DNA from: Sulfolobales archaeon HS-7
GTDB taxonomy: Archaea > Thermoproteota > Thermoprotei_A > Sulfolobales > Sulfolobaceae
Length of the DNA stretch: 64,000 nt
NCBI GenBank assembly: GCA_019704295.1
Contig: AP024596.1
Coordinates: forward strand, 768,001 to 832,000
Direction: 5' to 3'
Below the pieces are notes generated by a model. That model searched no databases and was not told the origin of the DNA. It saw nothing but the letters and a program-made list of their open reading frames with translations. This document shows positions 11,341 to 20,916 of this stretch, one piece after another; positions within the stretch are counted from its first letter, which is position 1, and each line of letters opens with the position of its first letter. The position numbers and the translations under genes are program-made.

Positions 11341-12720
11341 TCATGAATTAATAGTATTTTTAGAATACTTATGAACTTTCCCGTTCAATATGTCGTTAAT
11401 TACTCTCTTAGCGTATTCTATAGCGGAGTCAATCAGTGTGTATGTAGCACCGAGATATCCCTGTGGAGAAAGCAAGTCGGGTAATTCCTCCTTTTTTATA
11501 TATCTTAATATTTCTTCATTACTCATTATTAGAGATACAAAATCTCTTCCAGTTTTATCAGCCACTTCGACTATCTTTCTCACTAGTTTATAAGAATCAG
11601 ATCTGTTAAGACCCTTAAGAGTAAGTTTAGTTACTAACGCTTCGGACATTATTCTACCTTGTGTAAGTATTAAATTTTTATATATATTTATTTCATTAAT
11701 CTTAATATTATCTAAAATATAAATTAGATCTATTAATATTTGGTCAACAGTAAGGAAAACATGAGAAATTTCAATCCTTTCGGATGAACTGTTACTTAAG
11801 TCTCTTTCATTCCATAAAGCTATATTTTCCAACGCGGTGATAACAAACCCCCTAATGATCCTAGATAGACCGGATATTCTCTCCGCTGAAAACGGATTGT
11901 TTTTTTGAGGGAGAGAGGAGCTTCCTGCACTTTTATGGATCTCTTCAATTTCTCCAATCTCAGTTCTCATTAATTCCCTTATCTCCACAGCAAATCTCTC
12001 GGCAATCGAAGCCAATACAGCCAAATCAGATATTACCTCTGCTATTCCATCCCGGGGAGCTACTTGTGTAGTAATTGTATAACAAGGTATATTTAACACA
12101 TCTGAAAAATATTGTTGAATACTAGTTCCTGCGTCTCCCCAAGGGGCCATCGTTCCGGTCGCACCAGATATCTTACATAAAACAACCCGCTTTTCCGCAT
12201 CAAAAAGTCTTTCTGTAGCCCTTGAGAACTCGAAAAGGTAATTTGCAAATTTAAAGCCTAATGTTATAGGTAACGCGTGTTGACCATGTGTTCTAGCTAC
12301 CATGATCGTTTTTTTATATCTTATTGAGTATTCTACTAACTTTGATAATATATAATATAATTTTTTATATATTATAGTGAGAGATTCCTTTATCTGCAAG
12401 GAAATGATAGTATCGATTATGTCCGCACTACTCAATCCATAATGTAAATAACGTATTTTACTACCTTTTAGTTCGATTAATTCTAATAATGAGGAGATCT
12501 CATGTTCGGTATTATCGTTAACTTTATCCTCAATATGTATATTATTCAATGTAGAAACTAAATTACTGGCTTCATCGTCTTTTATTATTCCTGCTTTATT
12601 AAGAGCTCCTATTAAATTACGCTCTATTAGTAATATATTATCAAAATAATTTTTCCTACTGAAAATATTCCTCATTTCTTCAGAGCCATACCTAAAGTCC
12701 AAAGGACAGACATCACTCAT
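11341..12720 (-). CDS. purB: Adenylosuccinate lyase
   Basis: RTHGQHALP, GSSSLPQKNNP, WNERDLSNSSSER. Confidence 0.95.
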   Translation of the reverse strand: MSDVCPLDFRYGSEEMRNIFSRKNYFDNILLIERNLIGALNKAGIIKDDEASNLVSTLNNIHIEDKVNDNTEHEISSLLELIELKGSKIRYLHYGLSSADIIDTIISLQIKESLTIIYKKLYYILSKLVEYSIRYKKTIMVARTHGQHALPITLGFKFANYLFEFSRATERLFDAEKRVVLCKISGATGTMAPWGDAGTSIQQYFSDVLNIPCYTITTQVAPRDGIAEVISDLAVLASIAERFAVEIRELMRTEIGEIEEIHKSAGSSSLPQKNNPFSAERISGLSRIIRGFVITALENIALWNERDLSNSSSERIEISHVFLTVDQILIDLIYILDNIKINEINIYKNLILTQGRIMSEALVTKLTLKGLNRSDSYKLVRKIVEVADKTGRDFVSLIMSNEEILRYIKKEELPDLLSPQGYLGATYTLIDSAIEYAKRVINDILNGKVHKYSKNTINS

Positions 12721-12810
12721 ATATAATATCTCTCCTTACCTCATATATATCGTAAGTTATCCTGACATATTCGTATTAAGACGGATACAATACATTATAA
12801 CTCCACAATC

Positions 12811-12860
12811 CAATATTAAATGCGTAATTAACATTGAATGACTAGATTAAGTAAAAAGGT
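12811..12860 (+). repeat. Family A left-terminus fragment
   Basis: CAATATTAAATGCGTAATTAACATTGAATGACTAGATTAAGTAAAAAGG resembles the first 50 bp of family A. Confidence 0.55.
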
Positions 12861-12879
12861 CAATCCTGTCTTACTGAAA

Positions 12880-13141
12880 ATCTCATATTTTCTTGCTCTC
12901 ATACTAGGAGTTAGGAAACCCCTCGCTTAAACTTTAACGTCTTCGTTTCTTCTCACTTGGTAATACCAAGCACTGGGTGTTACTTTATCTGTAAAAACTA
13001 GGTTACGTACCCTTTCCTGAGACAAAAGTCATTGTTTTCTTTACTTTAACAGAAACTTAGCAAATTTCTACTCTTAAGAACGAGATTTTCCAGTGTTTTC
13101 GAAATTATCTCATTTTTAGTAAAATTGGCGAAATGTCACCG
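12880..13141 (-). mobile_element. Left-end fragment (~260 bp) of the ISH3/IS4-like element
   Basis: Collinear with 49240-49490 (CCCTCGCTTAAA.TTTAACGTC, TGTAAAAACTAGGTTAC, TCTCATTTTTAGTAAAATT). Confidence 0.85.
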
Positions 13142-13201
13142 TTTAAAAAGTATATATTTTTGAATATGGAGAGCCGAAGTAACATTAGAAGAGGATAGCT
13201 C

Positions 13202-13885
13202 TTATTCCTTTAGATGAGTTATGTAATAATCACAGCAGCTTTTAATCGGGCATTTTCCACAGAGTGGTTTTCGGGCTTTGCATGTATTTCTTCCATGAGC
13301 AATCAATAGTAGATGAGCCGCTAAGTACTCGCTAGTAGGGAATAATTGCTTTAACTTCTCTGATACTTGATTATATGTTCGGGATCTTGTTATTCCTAAT
13401 CGATGCGAGACTCTAAAAATATGTGTATCTACTGGGAAAGATAGAGGTGAACCGTATAAGAGAAGTACTACATCTGCAGTTTTCTCTCCGATACCTGGCA
13501 ATGAAGTCAAAAATTTTTTTGCCTCATTAGTGTCATTCTCCAGCAAATTTTTAAACAGAGTAGGACCCAGCGCGTTAATTACTTTTGAAATTTGTATAAT
13601 ATACTTTGTTTTATTATTGTATAGTCCTCCTTTTTTTAAATATTTTTTTAGTAAGTCGGGATCAATTGTTGCTAACTTATCGGGAGTAATTCCCACTTCT
13701 CTATCCAATTCCAAAAATATTTTCATAGCAGTTTTATCGGTAGAGTTTTGAGATAGGACGGTTGCTATTAGGGTCTTAAAGGGATCATGCGTAGAATTGT
13801 ATACATGTAGTGTTACATAGTCTTCATAAGATATCTTGTAAGTATCTTTTAGTAGCTTAAGTATCTTTGAACCGTCACATATCAT
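13202..13885 (-). CDS. nth: Endonuclease III (HhH-GPD glycosylase)
   Basis: LPGIGEKTADV, PVDTHIFRV, 4Fe-4S motif CKARKPLCGKCPIKSCC. Confidence 0.95.
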   Translation of the reverse strand: MICDGSKILKLLKDTYKISYEDYVTLHVYNSTHDPFKTLIATVLSQNSTDKTAMKIFLELDREVGITPDKLATIDPDLLKKYLKKGGLYNNKTKYIIQISKVINALGPTLFKNLLENDTNEAKKFLTSLPGIGEKTADVVLLLYGSPLSFPVDTHIFRVSHRLGITRSRTYNQVSEKLKQLFPTSEYLAAHLLLIAHGRNTCKARKPLCGKCPIKSCCDYYITHLKE

Positions 13886-13887
13886 GC

Positions 13888-14634
13888 TTATTCATCTACT
13901 ATTGCATTAACTATGGATAACGCACAGAAAAGAGCCTCTTCACTTCTGACGTTATAGACCCCTTGTTCTTTCACGAAGTTTAACATAATTCCTCTTCCAA
14001 AAAAAGTCTCTGTAATTCCACCTTTGGGAGGACCAACTACTATCGTGATTCCCTTTTTCCTATAAAGTTTCCTTAAATCCTCCGCACGAGTTAAAGTGTC
14101 ATTTCCATTTCTGCTACCTATAACAAGTCTATCGAGGTTAAGAATATCCTTTTCCGCTACAAATTTTAGTCTATATCCAGAGTAGAATACTGGACCTTTG
14201 TATACTTGGGTCTTATTTTTCCCACTATCAGTAATTATTACCCATTTTGTTCCCTGATCTCGAATATCACCAATCCCTATATTACCCTTTACATTAAGCC
14301 GTATATCCCCTTCAATCCACTCTTTCTCCTTTACACTAGGAGGAATATCGATAGGATCAATAAGTCCAACATAAGTTAGACTCCTTTTCTTTCTAATATT
14401 CTTTCTAGCATATGGTGGGGTAAATAGATAGTCATGTATATTCTTTAATGTAGTTAGAAGTCTCACATCGTTCACATCATCAATTATATATAACGTACTC
14501 ACTCTGAACATAGAGAGATATCTTGCAATAAGTCCATATTTAATAGTTATATTAAGTAGTGATTTCTTTACATAAAATGTGGATGAATAAAGTACAGCTT
14601 CGAAAGGTCTGGCCCTAGGTGGCACAAAAAACAT
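13888..14634 (-). CDS. SPOUT-family RNA methyltransferase (DUF171-like)
   Basis: IARYLSMFRV, YLFTPPYARK, VVGPPKGG, QGVYNVRSEEAL. Confidence 0.8.
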   Translation of the reverse strand: MFFVPPRARPFEAVLYSSTFYVKKSLLNITIKYGLIARYLSMFRVSTLYIIDDVNDVRLLTTLKNIHDYLFTPPYARKNIRKKRSLTYVGLIDPIDIPPSVKEKEWIEGDIRLNVKGNIGIGDIRDQGTKWVIITDSGKNKTQVYKGPVFYSGYRLKFVAEKDILNLDRLVIGSRNGNDTLTRAEDLRKLYRKKGITIVVGPPKGGITETFFGRGIMLNFVKEQGVYNVRSEEALFCALSIVNAIVDE

Positions 14635-14637
14635 TTC

Positions 14638-17600
14638 CTACACTTTTTCTATAGAAATTATATATGTATCCCCTTCAATTTCCCATTCTGTACCATTTAG
14701 CTTTACTTCACTCTCGAAAATTACTTCCTTAGCCCTGGTTTCCTCCTTTATAGTATCAACGAACTTTTTGATCTCTTCAATTCTATCTTTGGGACCAGAC
14801 ATTCCTACAACTATATAGTCTGTTATATTTAGATTTAGCTTTTTTCTCATAAACTGTATCCGTCTAATTATGTCCCTTATAATACCTTCAGTTTCTTCCT
14901 CATAACTTACCTCCTTCCTTATAGCTACGATAAACTCACTAGATGAGGAGGCAACGTAATTATTCAATAATATTTCTTTAATTACAAGATGATCTGACTT
15001 TATTAGAAATTCCTTGTCGTCTAATATCACCTTATGAGTTCCTTTGTTTATAATATCGTTATAGATCTCATTCTGATGCGTGGATATGTAGTCAATTATC
15101 TCCTTGCTCATTCGTTTAAAGTCCTTACCTATCGGTCCTACATTTGGTTCGACTTCAACTCTAGCTATTTTACTGAATTCTGTAATAGGAAGGAAATTAA
15201 TTTGTTTTGCATTAATCAAAGACAATATTACATCCTTAACTTGTTCCAATTGAGTATATTTATTTAAGTCTTTCACATATATATTTACCTCTTTTATAGG
15301 CCAGCGAAGTTTTATATTTGCTTTAGCTCTTGCGTTTAAAATTAGGATAGATATTTCTCTAGCTAAACTAATAGCTTTCTCAAGTTCTGAATTTATCAAG
15401 GAGATATCAATTTTAGGAAGCTCTTCCAGCATTACTGAAATTTTTTTATTTATTGTAAAAGTTTGATATAATTTCTCGGAAATGAATGGTATTACAGGGG
15501 AAGCAAGAACCAACCAGTTCTTAAGTACAGTGTACAGTATATAGTACATTGCTATTTTGTCAGGTTCATTGGATTCTTTCCAAGCCCTCTTTCTACTAAC
15601 TTTTAAATAGAACCTGCTTATATCATTAACAATAAAGTCTATTAATAGATTAGTATATTCATGAATTTTGTACTCATTCATACTATTCGTTAATTTTAGT
15701 ATAATACTATTAAATCTGGATAATAAATATTTATCTTCAGTGGTGAAATAACTCTTTATATCGTCAATAGAAATGGAGTCGGGTTGAAAGTTATCTAGAT
15801 TCATATAGACCGATGCGAATACGAATGTGTTCCACACTATTTGAAGTTCCTTTTTTGCTTGTTCTAATGCTTTCCAAGAAAATTTTACATCTTCCCAAAC
15901 TTGATTCCTAAGAAGCCATAGTCTCAATACGTCCCTAGAATATTTCTCTATTACAGTAGAGGGTTCAATATAATTTCCTAAACTCTTATGCATTTCCCTT
16001 CCGTTTTCATCTAGCATCATCCCGTGTACTAAGACGTTAGTATACGGAGTTTTATCTTCCATTATTACGTTACTACGTAACATGCTGAAGAACCATCCTC
16101 TTAGCTGGTCATTGCCCTCAACTACTAGGTCTACTAGTCCTAACTTTTTCCATAACTCTTCTCCCAGTGACGCGTAGAATGCTACGCCGCTATCAAACCA
16201 TACGTCGGCAACGTCTTGGACTCTTTCCATAACACCTCCGCATTCGTTACATCTAATTTTTACTTCATCTATCCACGGCCTATGTAGGTTCTCTGGAACT
16301 TTATTTAACGCTAACACCTTTAATTCTTCTAAGCTGCCCACTACAGTGGTATTTTTGCAATTAATACACTTCCATATTGGTAATGGAGTTCCCCAATAAC
16401 GTTGTCGACTTACGACCCAATCCCTGAGCTCCTTAACCATATTTTCTATTCTACTCTTTCCCCACTGCGGGATCCAGTTGACTCTATTTATCTCTCTCAA
16501 TATTTCCTCTTTTAATCTCGTTACTCTAAAGAACCACTGATTTGTTGCTCTTAGAATTAAAGGAGTTTTACATCTCCAGCAGACAGGATAGTTATGAACA
16601 ATCTTGCCCTTTTTAAATAGAGCATTTCTCTCTTTAAGGTCTGATATAATTTCATCGTTTGTTTCCCTAACGCTCTTTCCAGCGTACTTTCCTGCATCTT
16701 TTAAAAATTCTCCATGATCTCCTACCAACATTATTATGGGAAGTGAGTATTTCTTACCTACCATGAAATCCACGTCTCCATGACCTGGGGCAGAATGAAC
16801 TAAACCTGTGCCCTCTTCTAACGTAACAACTCCTTTTCCGTCAATAACTGTGTGCGAGATATTCCTTTGAAAGTTCAGTAAATCTGATAAGGGGTGAATG
16901 TATTTCATTCCTAATAGCTGTTGCCCACTATATCGTCTTATTATTTCATAATCTTTAATATTGCTCTCTCTCATTACCTCCTCCACTCTTCTGCACGCAA
17001 TGATTAGTATCTCTTTGTTTATTCTAACATCACAATACTCGAAATCAGGATCTATCATTACGGAGACATTAGATGGTATAGTCCAAGGAGTGGTAGTCCA
17101 TATTAGGAGATATTTGTCTTCATTTTCTAATCTAAACTTTACATATATTGATGGATCTTCTATTTCTCTATACTCAGAAACCTCATAATCTGCTAAAGTT
17201 GTCTCACATCTAGGACACCAGTGGAGGACTTCATATCCCTCCTCCAATAACCCTCTCTCATATGCTCTCTTTACCAGCTTCCATGAATTCCCAATATATT
17301 CATTACTCATAGTATAGTACGGATTACTCCAGTCCATCATTACCCCTACATCAGAGAAGCTTTTGGTTAGAGACTCTGCATTACTCTTAGCAAACTGATA
17401 ACATGTGTTTACAAACTTTTCAATTCCTATCTCATTAACTATATCATTTTTTTGTTTCACGCCAAGTTGTTTTTCTATTATCACTTCTATGGGTAATCCA
17501 TGACAATCATAGCCAGGTTGATCCCATACTAATTTACCATTAAGCCGTTGAAATCTTAATATCATGTCCTTGATTATCTTATTCCATATAGTTCCAATAT

Positions 17601-17775
17601 GAGGAATTCCAGACGATGTATATGGCGGACCGTCTATAAAAAGAAATTTCTCCTTGCTACTTAGCGACCTTTCTTTTATTCTTATATATACGTTGTTTTC
17701 TTTCCAAAAACTAATAATTTCCTCTTCAATTGCTTTCTGATCGTAACTACCCTGTATAGCATTGACTACTGTCAT
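14638..17775 (-). CDS. ileS: Isoleucyl-tRNA synthetase
   Basis: DGPPY...PHIGT, WTTTPWT, GTGLVHSAPGHG, SRQRYWG, EMHKS. Confidence 0.98.
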   Translation of the reverse strand: MTVVNAIQGSYDQKAIEEEIISFWKENNVYIRIKERSLSSKEKFLFIDGPPYTSSGIPHIGTIWNKIIKDMILRFQRLNGKLVWDQPGYDCHGLPIEVIIEKQLGVKQKNDIVNEIGIEKFVNTCYQFAKSNAESLTKSFSDVGVMMDWSNPYYTMSNEYIGNSWKLVKRAYERGLLEEGYEVLHWCPRCETTLADYEVSEYREIEDPSIYVKFRLENEDKYLLIWTTTPWTIPSNVSVMIDPDFEYCDVRINKEILIIACRRVEEVMRESNIKDYEIIRRYSGQQLLGMKYIHPLSDLLNFQRNISHTVIDGKGVVTLEEGTGLVHSAPGHGDVDFMVGKKYSLPIIMLVGDHGEFLKDAGKYAGKSVRETNDEIISDLKERNALFKKGKIVHNYPVCWRCKTPLILRATNQWFFRVTRLKEEILREINRVNWIPQWGKSRIENMVKELRDWVVSRQRYWGTPLPIWKCINCKNTTVVGSLEELKVLALNKVPENLHRPWIDEVKIRCNECGGVMERVQDVADVWFDSGVAFYASLGEELWKKLGLVDLVVEGNDQLRGWFFSMLRSNVIMEDKTPYTNVLVHGMMLDENGREMHKSLGNYIEPSTVIEKYSRDVLRLWLLRNQVWEDVKFSWKALEQAKKELQIVWNTFVFASVYMNLDNFQPDSISIDDIKSYFTTEDKYLLSRFNSIILKLTNSMNEYKIHEYTNLLIDFIVNDISRFYLKVSRKRAWKESNEPDKIAMYYILYTVLKNWLVLASPVIPFISEKLYQTFTINKKISVMLEELPKIDISLINSELEKAISLAREISILILNARAKANIKLRWPIKEVNIYVKDLNKYTQLEQVKDVILSLINAKQINFLPITEFSKIARVEVEPNVGPIGKDFKRMSKEIIDYISTHQNEIYNDIINKGTHKVILDDKEFLIKSDHLVIKEILLNNYVASSSSEFIVAIRKEVSYEEETEGIIRDIIRRIQFMRKKLNLNITDYIVVGMSGPKDRIEEIKKFVDTIKEETRAKEVIFESEVKLNGTEWEIEGDTYIISIEKV

Positions 17776-17822
17776 TCGAATTATGAGATGTTATAATACC
17801 TTATATCCTTATCTATAACGCT

Positions 17823-18338
17823 TTACTTTGAATTTGTATCCTTGTAGTCTATGCTTCTGTTTCTTATTATATACCAAGTTCCTAATCCTTTCGCCCCAAG
17901 CGTGTTTTCGGAGTCTCTGAATTCAACGTCAACTACTACTGCAGTTCTTCCCCCCTTTACTATCCTTGCACTGGATGTAAAAGGCCCTTTATACATTGGA
18001 TTAAGAAAATTCACTTTTAACTCTTGAGTTACCTGATCCTCACCATCATTAATCGTCATAACTGCAAGCCCTCCCGTATAATCTAGCATTGTCATAATAA
18101 CGCCTCCATGGAGAATTCTCCCTGCACGTGTGATTCTCTCAGTATAAGGTAAAATCATTTCAGCGTAACCAGTGTCGACTCTTTTTACTTCAGCGCCTAA
18201 GTATGTAAATATTTGTTCCTCTCTTTTAAAGAAATCATTAATTAGTTTAATGTTATGCATATTCTTCTTAAAGTTATAGATTCTGTCCATGAAAGTTATT
18301 TTAGAGGGTGGTGATTTTATCATTAATCGTGTATCCAT
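17823..18338 (-). CDS. PaaI-family hot-dog thioesterase (true start probably ATG 18260 or 18290)
   Basis: ILHGGVIMTMLDYTGG, VTQELKVNFLNP. Confidence 0.88.
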   Translation of the reverse strand: MDTRLMIKSPPSKITFMDRIYNFKKNMHNIKLINDFFKREEQIFTYLGAEVKRVDTGYAEMILPYTERITRAGRILHGGVIMTMLDYTGGLAVMTINDGEDQVTQELKVNFLNPMYKGPFTSSARIVKGGRTAVVVDVEFRDSENTLGAKGLGTWYIIRNRSIDYKDTNSK

Positions 18339-18894
18339 ACCTCTTTAATGCCTGATCTATAATGCTCAGAAGCCATGGTGAAGTTTTTTTAACAACACCT
18401 ATTTCATAATTAATTATATTTATTAATTTATCTTTTTCTATTCCAGAATAAATATTTAGTCTCGTAATATTTACAAGTATATCAAGTAATATTAATTCAC
18501 CTCTATTTATCGATTTCCTAGGCTCTCCCATGAAATGAAAAGGTATCACCTTAACTTCAACGGGATCCCCATCAGAAACGATCTCACATCTGCAAAAAAT
18601 TATAAATGCGTCAGGTATATAAGGCAAACCGTACTCTATGTTATATTGTATATTCCCTAATATAGAATAGTAAAAAACGGGAATATCGGAGGTTATATTT
18701 ATAGTACAAAATGGATATTTAATAATGTTAGATAATGTAAGTGTTCCTTGATATAGTTTCATTATTAACAGAATGGATTTCTTTATGACTCCGATAGGCT
18801 TTACTTTTGTTTCTATACCAGACGTACCTACGAGGGTCTCGTAATACCCATCTCTTGGAAACACCTTATTAATAAGAGGTTCGTTGTACTCCAT
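18301..18894 (-). CDS. DUF447-family protein
   Basis: YYETLVGT...PIGV...KLYQGTLTLSNI...INRG. Confidence 0.7.
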   Translation of the reverse strand: MEYNEPLINKVFPRDGYYETLVGTSGIETKVKPIGVIKKSILLIMKLYQGTLTLSNIIKYPFCTINITSDIPVFYYSILGNIQYNIEYGLPYIPDAFIIFCRCEIVSDGDPVEVKVIPFHFMGEPRKSINRGELILLDILVNITRLNIYSGIEKDKLINIINYEIGVVKKTSPWLLSIIDQALKRYGYTINDKITTL

Positions 18895-20197
18895 AGTAAA
18901 AATGAATAATATTTCAGAGTTTTATAGGTTCTTTTCATCTGACGTAGTTATTCCAGGAAGTCGTCAAGAGTACATGCTTCTAAAAACCCTTAAAGATATA
19001 ATTAAGGGAGACTCATTTAAACTCGAACCTATCAGAACTTACTACTGGAAACCAATAGAGTGGGGCTTAGAATGTGAAGGACATAAAATACATTCATCCA
19101 TAATTCCTTACTCCTTTGATGTCGACGTAGAATTTTCTCCTAAGGTATTTGTAATAAATAATATTATCGATTTAAATTATTACTATAATGTAGCTGATGT
19201 AAATGTATTTCTTTTTGTTAATAACGAACTAAAAGAACCTTTGATAGTAACTACTGGCGATTTTCTAAAAAGGGAACCATCTCTCCCCCCAACAGTTCCT
19301 GCAGTTATGGTGGAAAAGGAAGACCTAAAGTATATTAGAGGTAGATGTAGATTATTTACGAAGATCGATTTTAACCCCAATGCGTCGGGATATATCCTGG
19401 ATATCGTAAAGAACGGTAACGAAGACAAGTTAATTCACTTATCTACATCTCATGACATTATAGGAAATTTAGATAAAGTTGTTAGATCCCATTATTTACT
19501 AAATTCTGTAAACTCTTTATATGAGACTCACATTATAAGTTCTTGCGCATCTATCTACGGTTCGCCAGGCTTTCCTTCCTATCCATGGTCATATGGAATT
19601 GAAACTTTTCTTAATTTAATTAAACAGAGACCTGATTATTCGATAACACTAGATAATTTTCACTATTTTGGTGCTAAATGCTATTCGACTCATTTAATCG
19701 AAGGCTACTTATGTGACTTTTATAAAAAACCTTCCCTAGAGGGATATGCGTATGCAAGAAATGGAATTCCGAATACCACTTTTTCTTCCTCAGAGATCGA
19801 TGAGCTAGAATTGAAGAGAATTATTTCTGCCCCAAAAGAACTAAATATTGAATTTAAAGAATTACTTTTTAACCTAATAAAGATAAGTCCCTCTCCTCTA
19901 AGGGGAACACTGTTGAACATGTTGGATAAGATAAAAGACGAACGCATTCAATCAGTGTTTCTAAGTCTGATAGGTAGTATAGTCTCATACTCTTCAGCAA
20001 ATTTCCTGATCTTACCTCTTCATAAGATGTGGGCGCTATCATATATTAATAATGAGTTCCTCATAGATGTAGAGAATTATAAAAGACTTTACGGCAATAA
20101 ATCACGTAGGCACATTTTATATATTAATGAATTAAAAAATAATATAGTTAATGACTATATAACAAAAATTAATCAGTTATTGGAGAAATTTTTCTAG
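18884..20197 (+). CDS. Hypothetical protein with degenerate M28 peptidase / PA-domain-like features (start probably ATG 18902)
   Basis: PGSRQE near N-terminus, PTVPAVMV, IHLSTSHD; catalytic EE motif not recognisable. Confidence 0.45.
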   Translation: MYSIVKMNNISEFYRFFSSDVVIPGSRQEYMLLKTLKDIIKGDSFKLEPIRTYYWKPIEWGLECEGHKIHSSIIPYSFDVDVEFSPKVFVINNIIDLNYYYNVADVNVFLFVNNELKEPLIVTTGDFLKREPSLPPTVPAVMVEKEDLKYIRGRCRLFTKIDFNPNASGYILDIVKNGNEDKLIHLSTSHDIIGNLDKVVRSHYLLNSVNSLYETHIISSCASIYGSPGFPSYPWSYGIETFLNLIKQRPDYSITLDNFHYFGAKCYSTHLIEGYLCDFYKKPSLEGYAYARNGIPNTTFSSSEIDELELKRIISAPKELNIEFKELLFNLIKISPSPLRGTLLNMLDKIKDERIQSVFLSLIGSIVSYSSANFLILPLHKMWALSYINNEFLIDVENYKRLYGNKSRRHILYINELKNNIVNDYITKINQLLEKFF

Positions 20198-20896
20198 TTC
20201 TGAAAGACTCTTTATAACATAGGTTGAGAAAACAGGAAATTTTTCCATCGAGTCATGCCTGTCTATAAGTACGGATTTAAACCCAGCCATTCTAGAAGCC
20301 CAACAGTCCTTTATTGGATTGTCGCCTACCATGATAGTTCTCGAAGTTCGAATTCCTAGCTTTTCCGTTGCAATTATGAATGGTTCTATACTAGGCTTAG
20401 GTTTTATATTGTTCTCACCTGCAATTATAATTGTATCAAATTTTCGAATAAGTGGATATCTATTTAATCTGACAATCTTGTCTATTCCTTTGCCATCATT
20501 ATTTGTTATAATACCTAGATAATATCCATTGTCTTTTAAGAAATTTATTATTTCTAGGCCATCATTATATGGACTGTTAATAGATGCTATCGACCAGTAG
20601 ATCTCGGTTAATTTTCTAACATTTATATTGTCTATTTCTATCTTTAACTTATAAAAGAAATTTTTCCACCATTCATCTCTATCATAATAACCGTAATATT
20701 CTAACTCCCTGGATATTTCCATTACAGCCTTGTATACACAATCTAATGTACATTTCTTAAGAACGTCGTTATAACCTGAGTATATCTCGAAAGAAACTGC
20801 ATATATTGCTTTTTCTGATTGTCGCCGAAATTCCACTAATGTGTCGTCATAATCGAAGAAAATTGCATCAATACTTCTCGTAAATGTTACACCCAA
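20177..20896 (-). CDS. HAD-superfamily hydrolase
   Basis: FFDYDDTL, ITNN, KP, MVGDNPIKD. Confidence 0.93.
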   Translation of the reverse strand: MGVTFTRSIDAIFFDYDDTLVEFRRQSEKAIYAVSFEIYSGYNDVLKKCTLDCVYKAVMEISRELEYYGYYDRDEWWKNFFYKLKIEIDNINVRKLTEIYWSIASINSPYNDGLEIINFLKDNGYYLGIITNNDGKGIDKIVRLNRYPLIRKFDTIIIAGENNIKPKPSIEPFIIATEKLGIRTSRTIMVGDNPIKDCWASRMAGFKSVLIDRHDSMEKFPVFSTYVIKSLSELEKFLQ

Positions 20897-20916
20897 AAAT
20901 ATACTAGGAGAACTTA

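Noticed and set aside
15970-16000. IleRS EMHKS in place of KMSKS
   Set aside because: To my knowledge a normal Sulfolobales variant; the gene is otherwise intact
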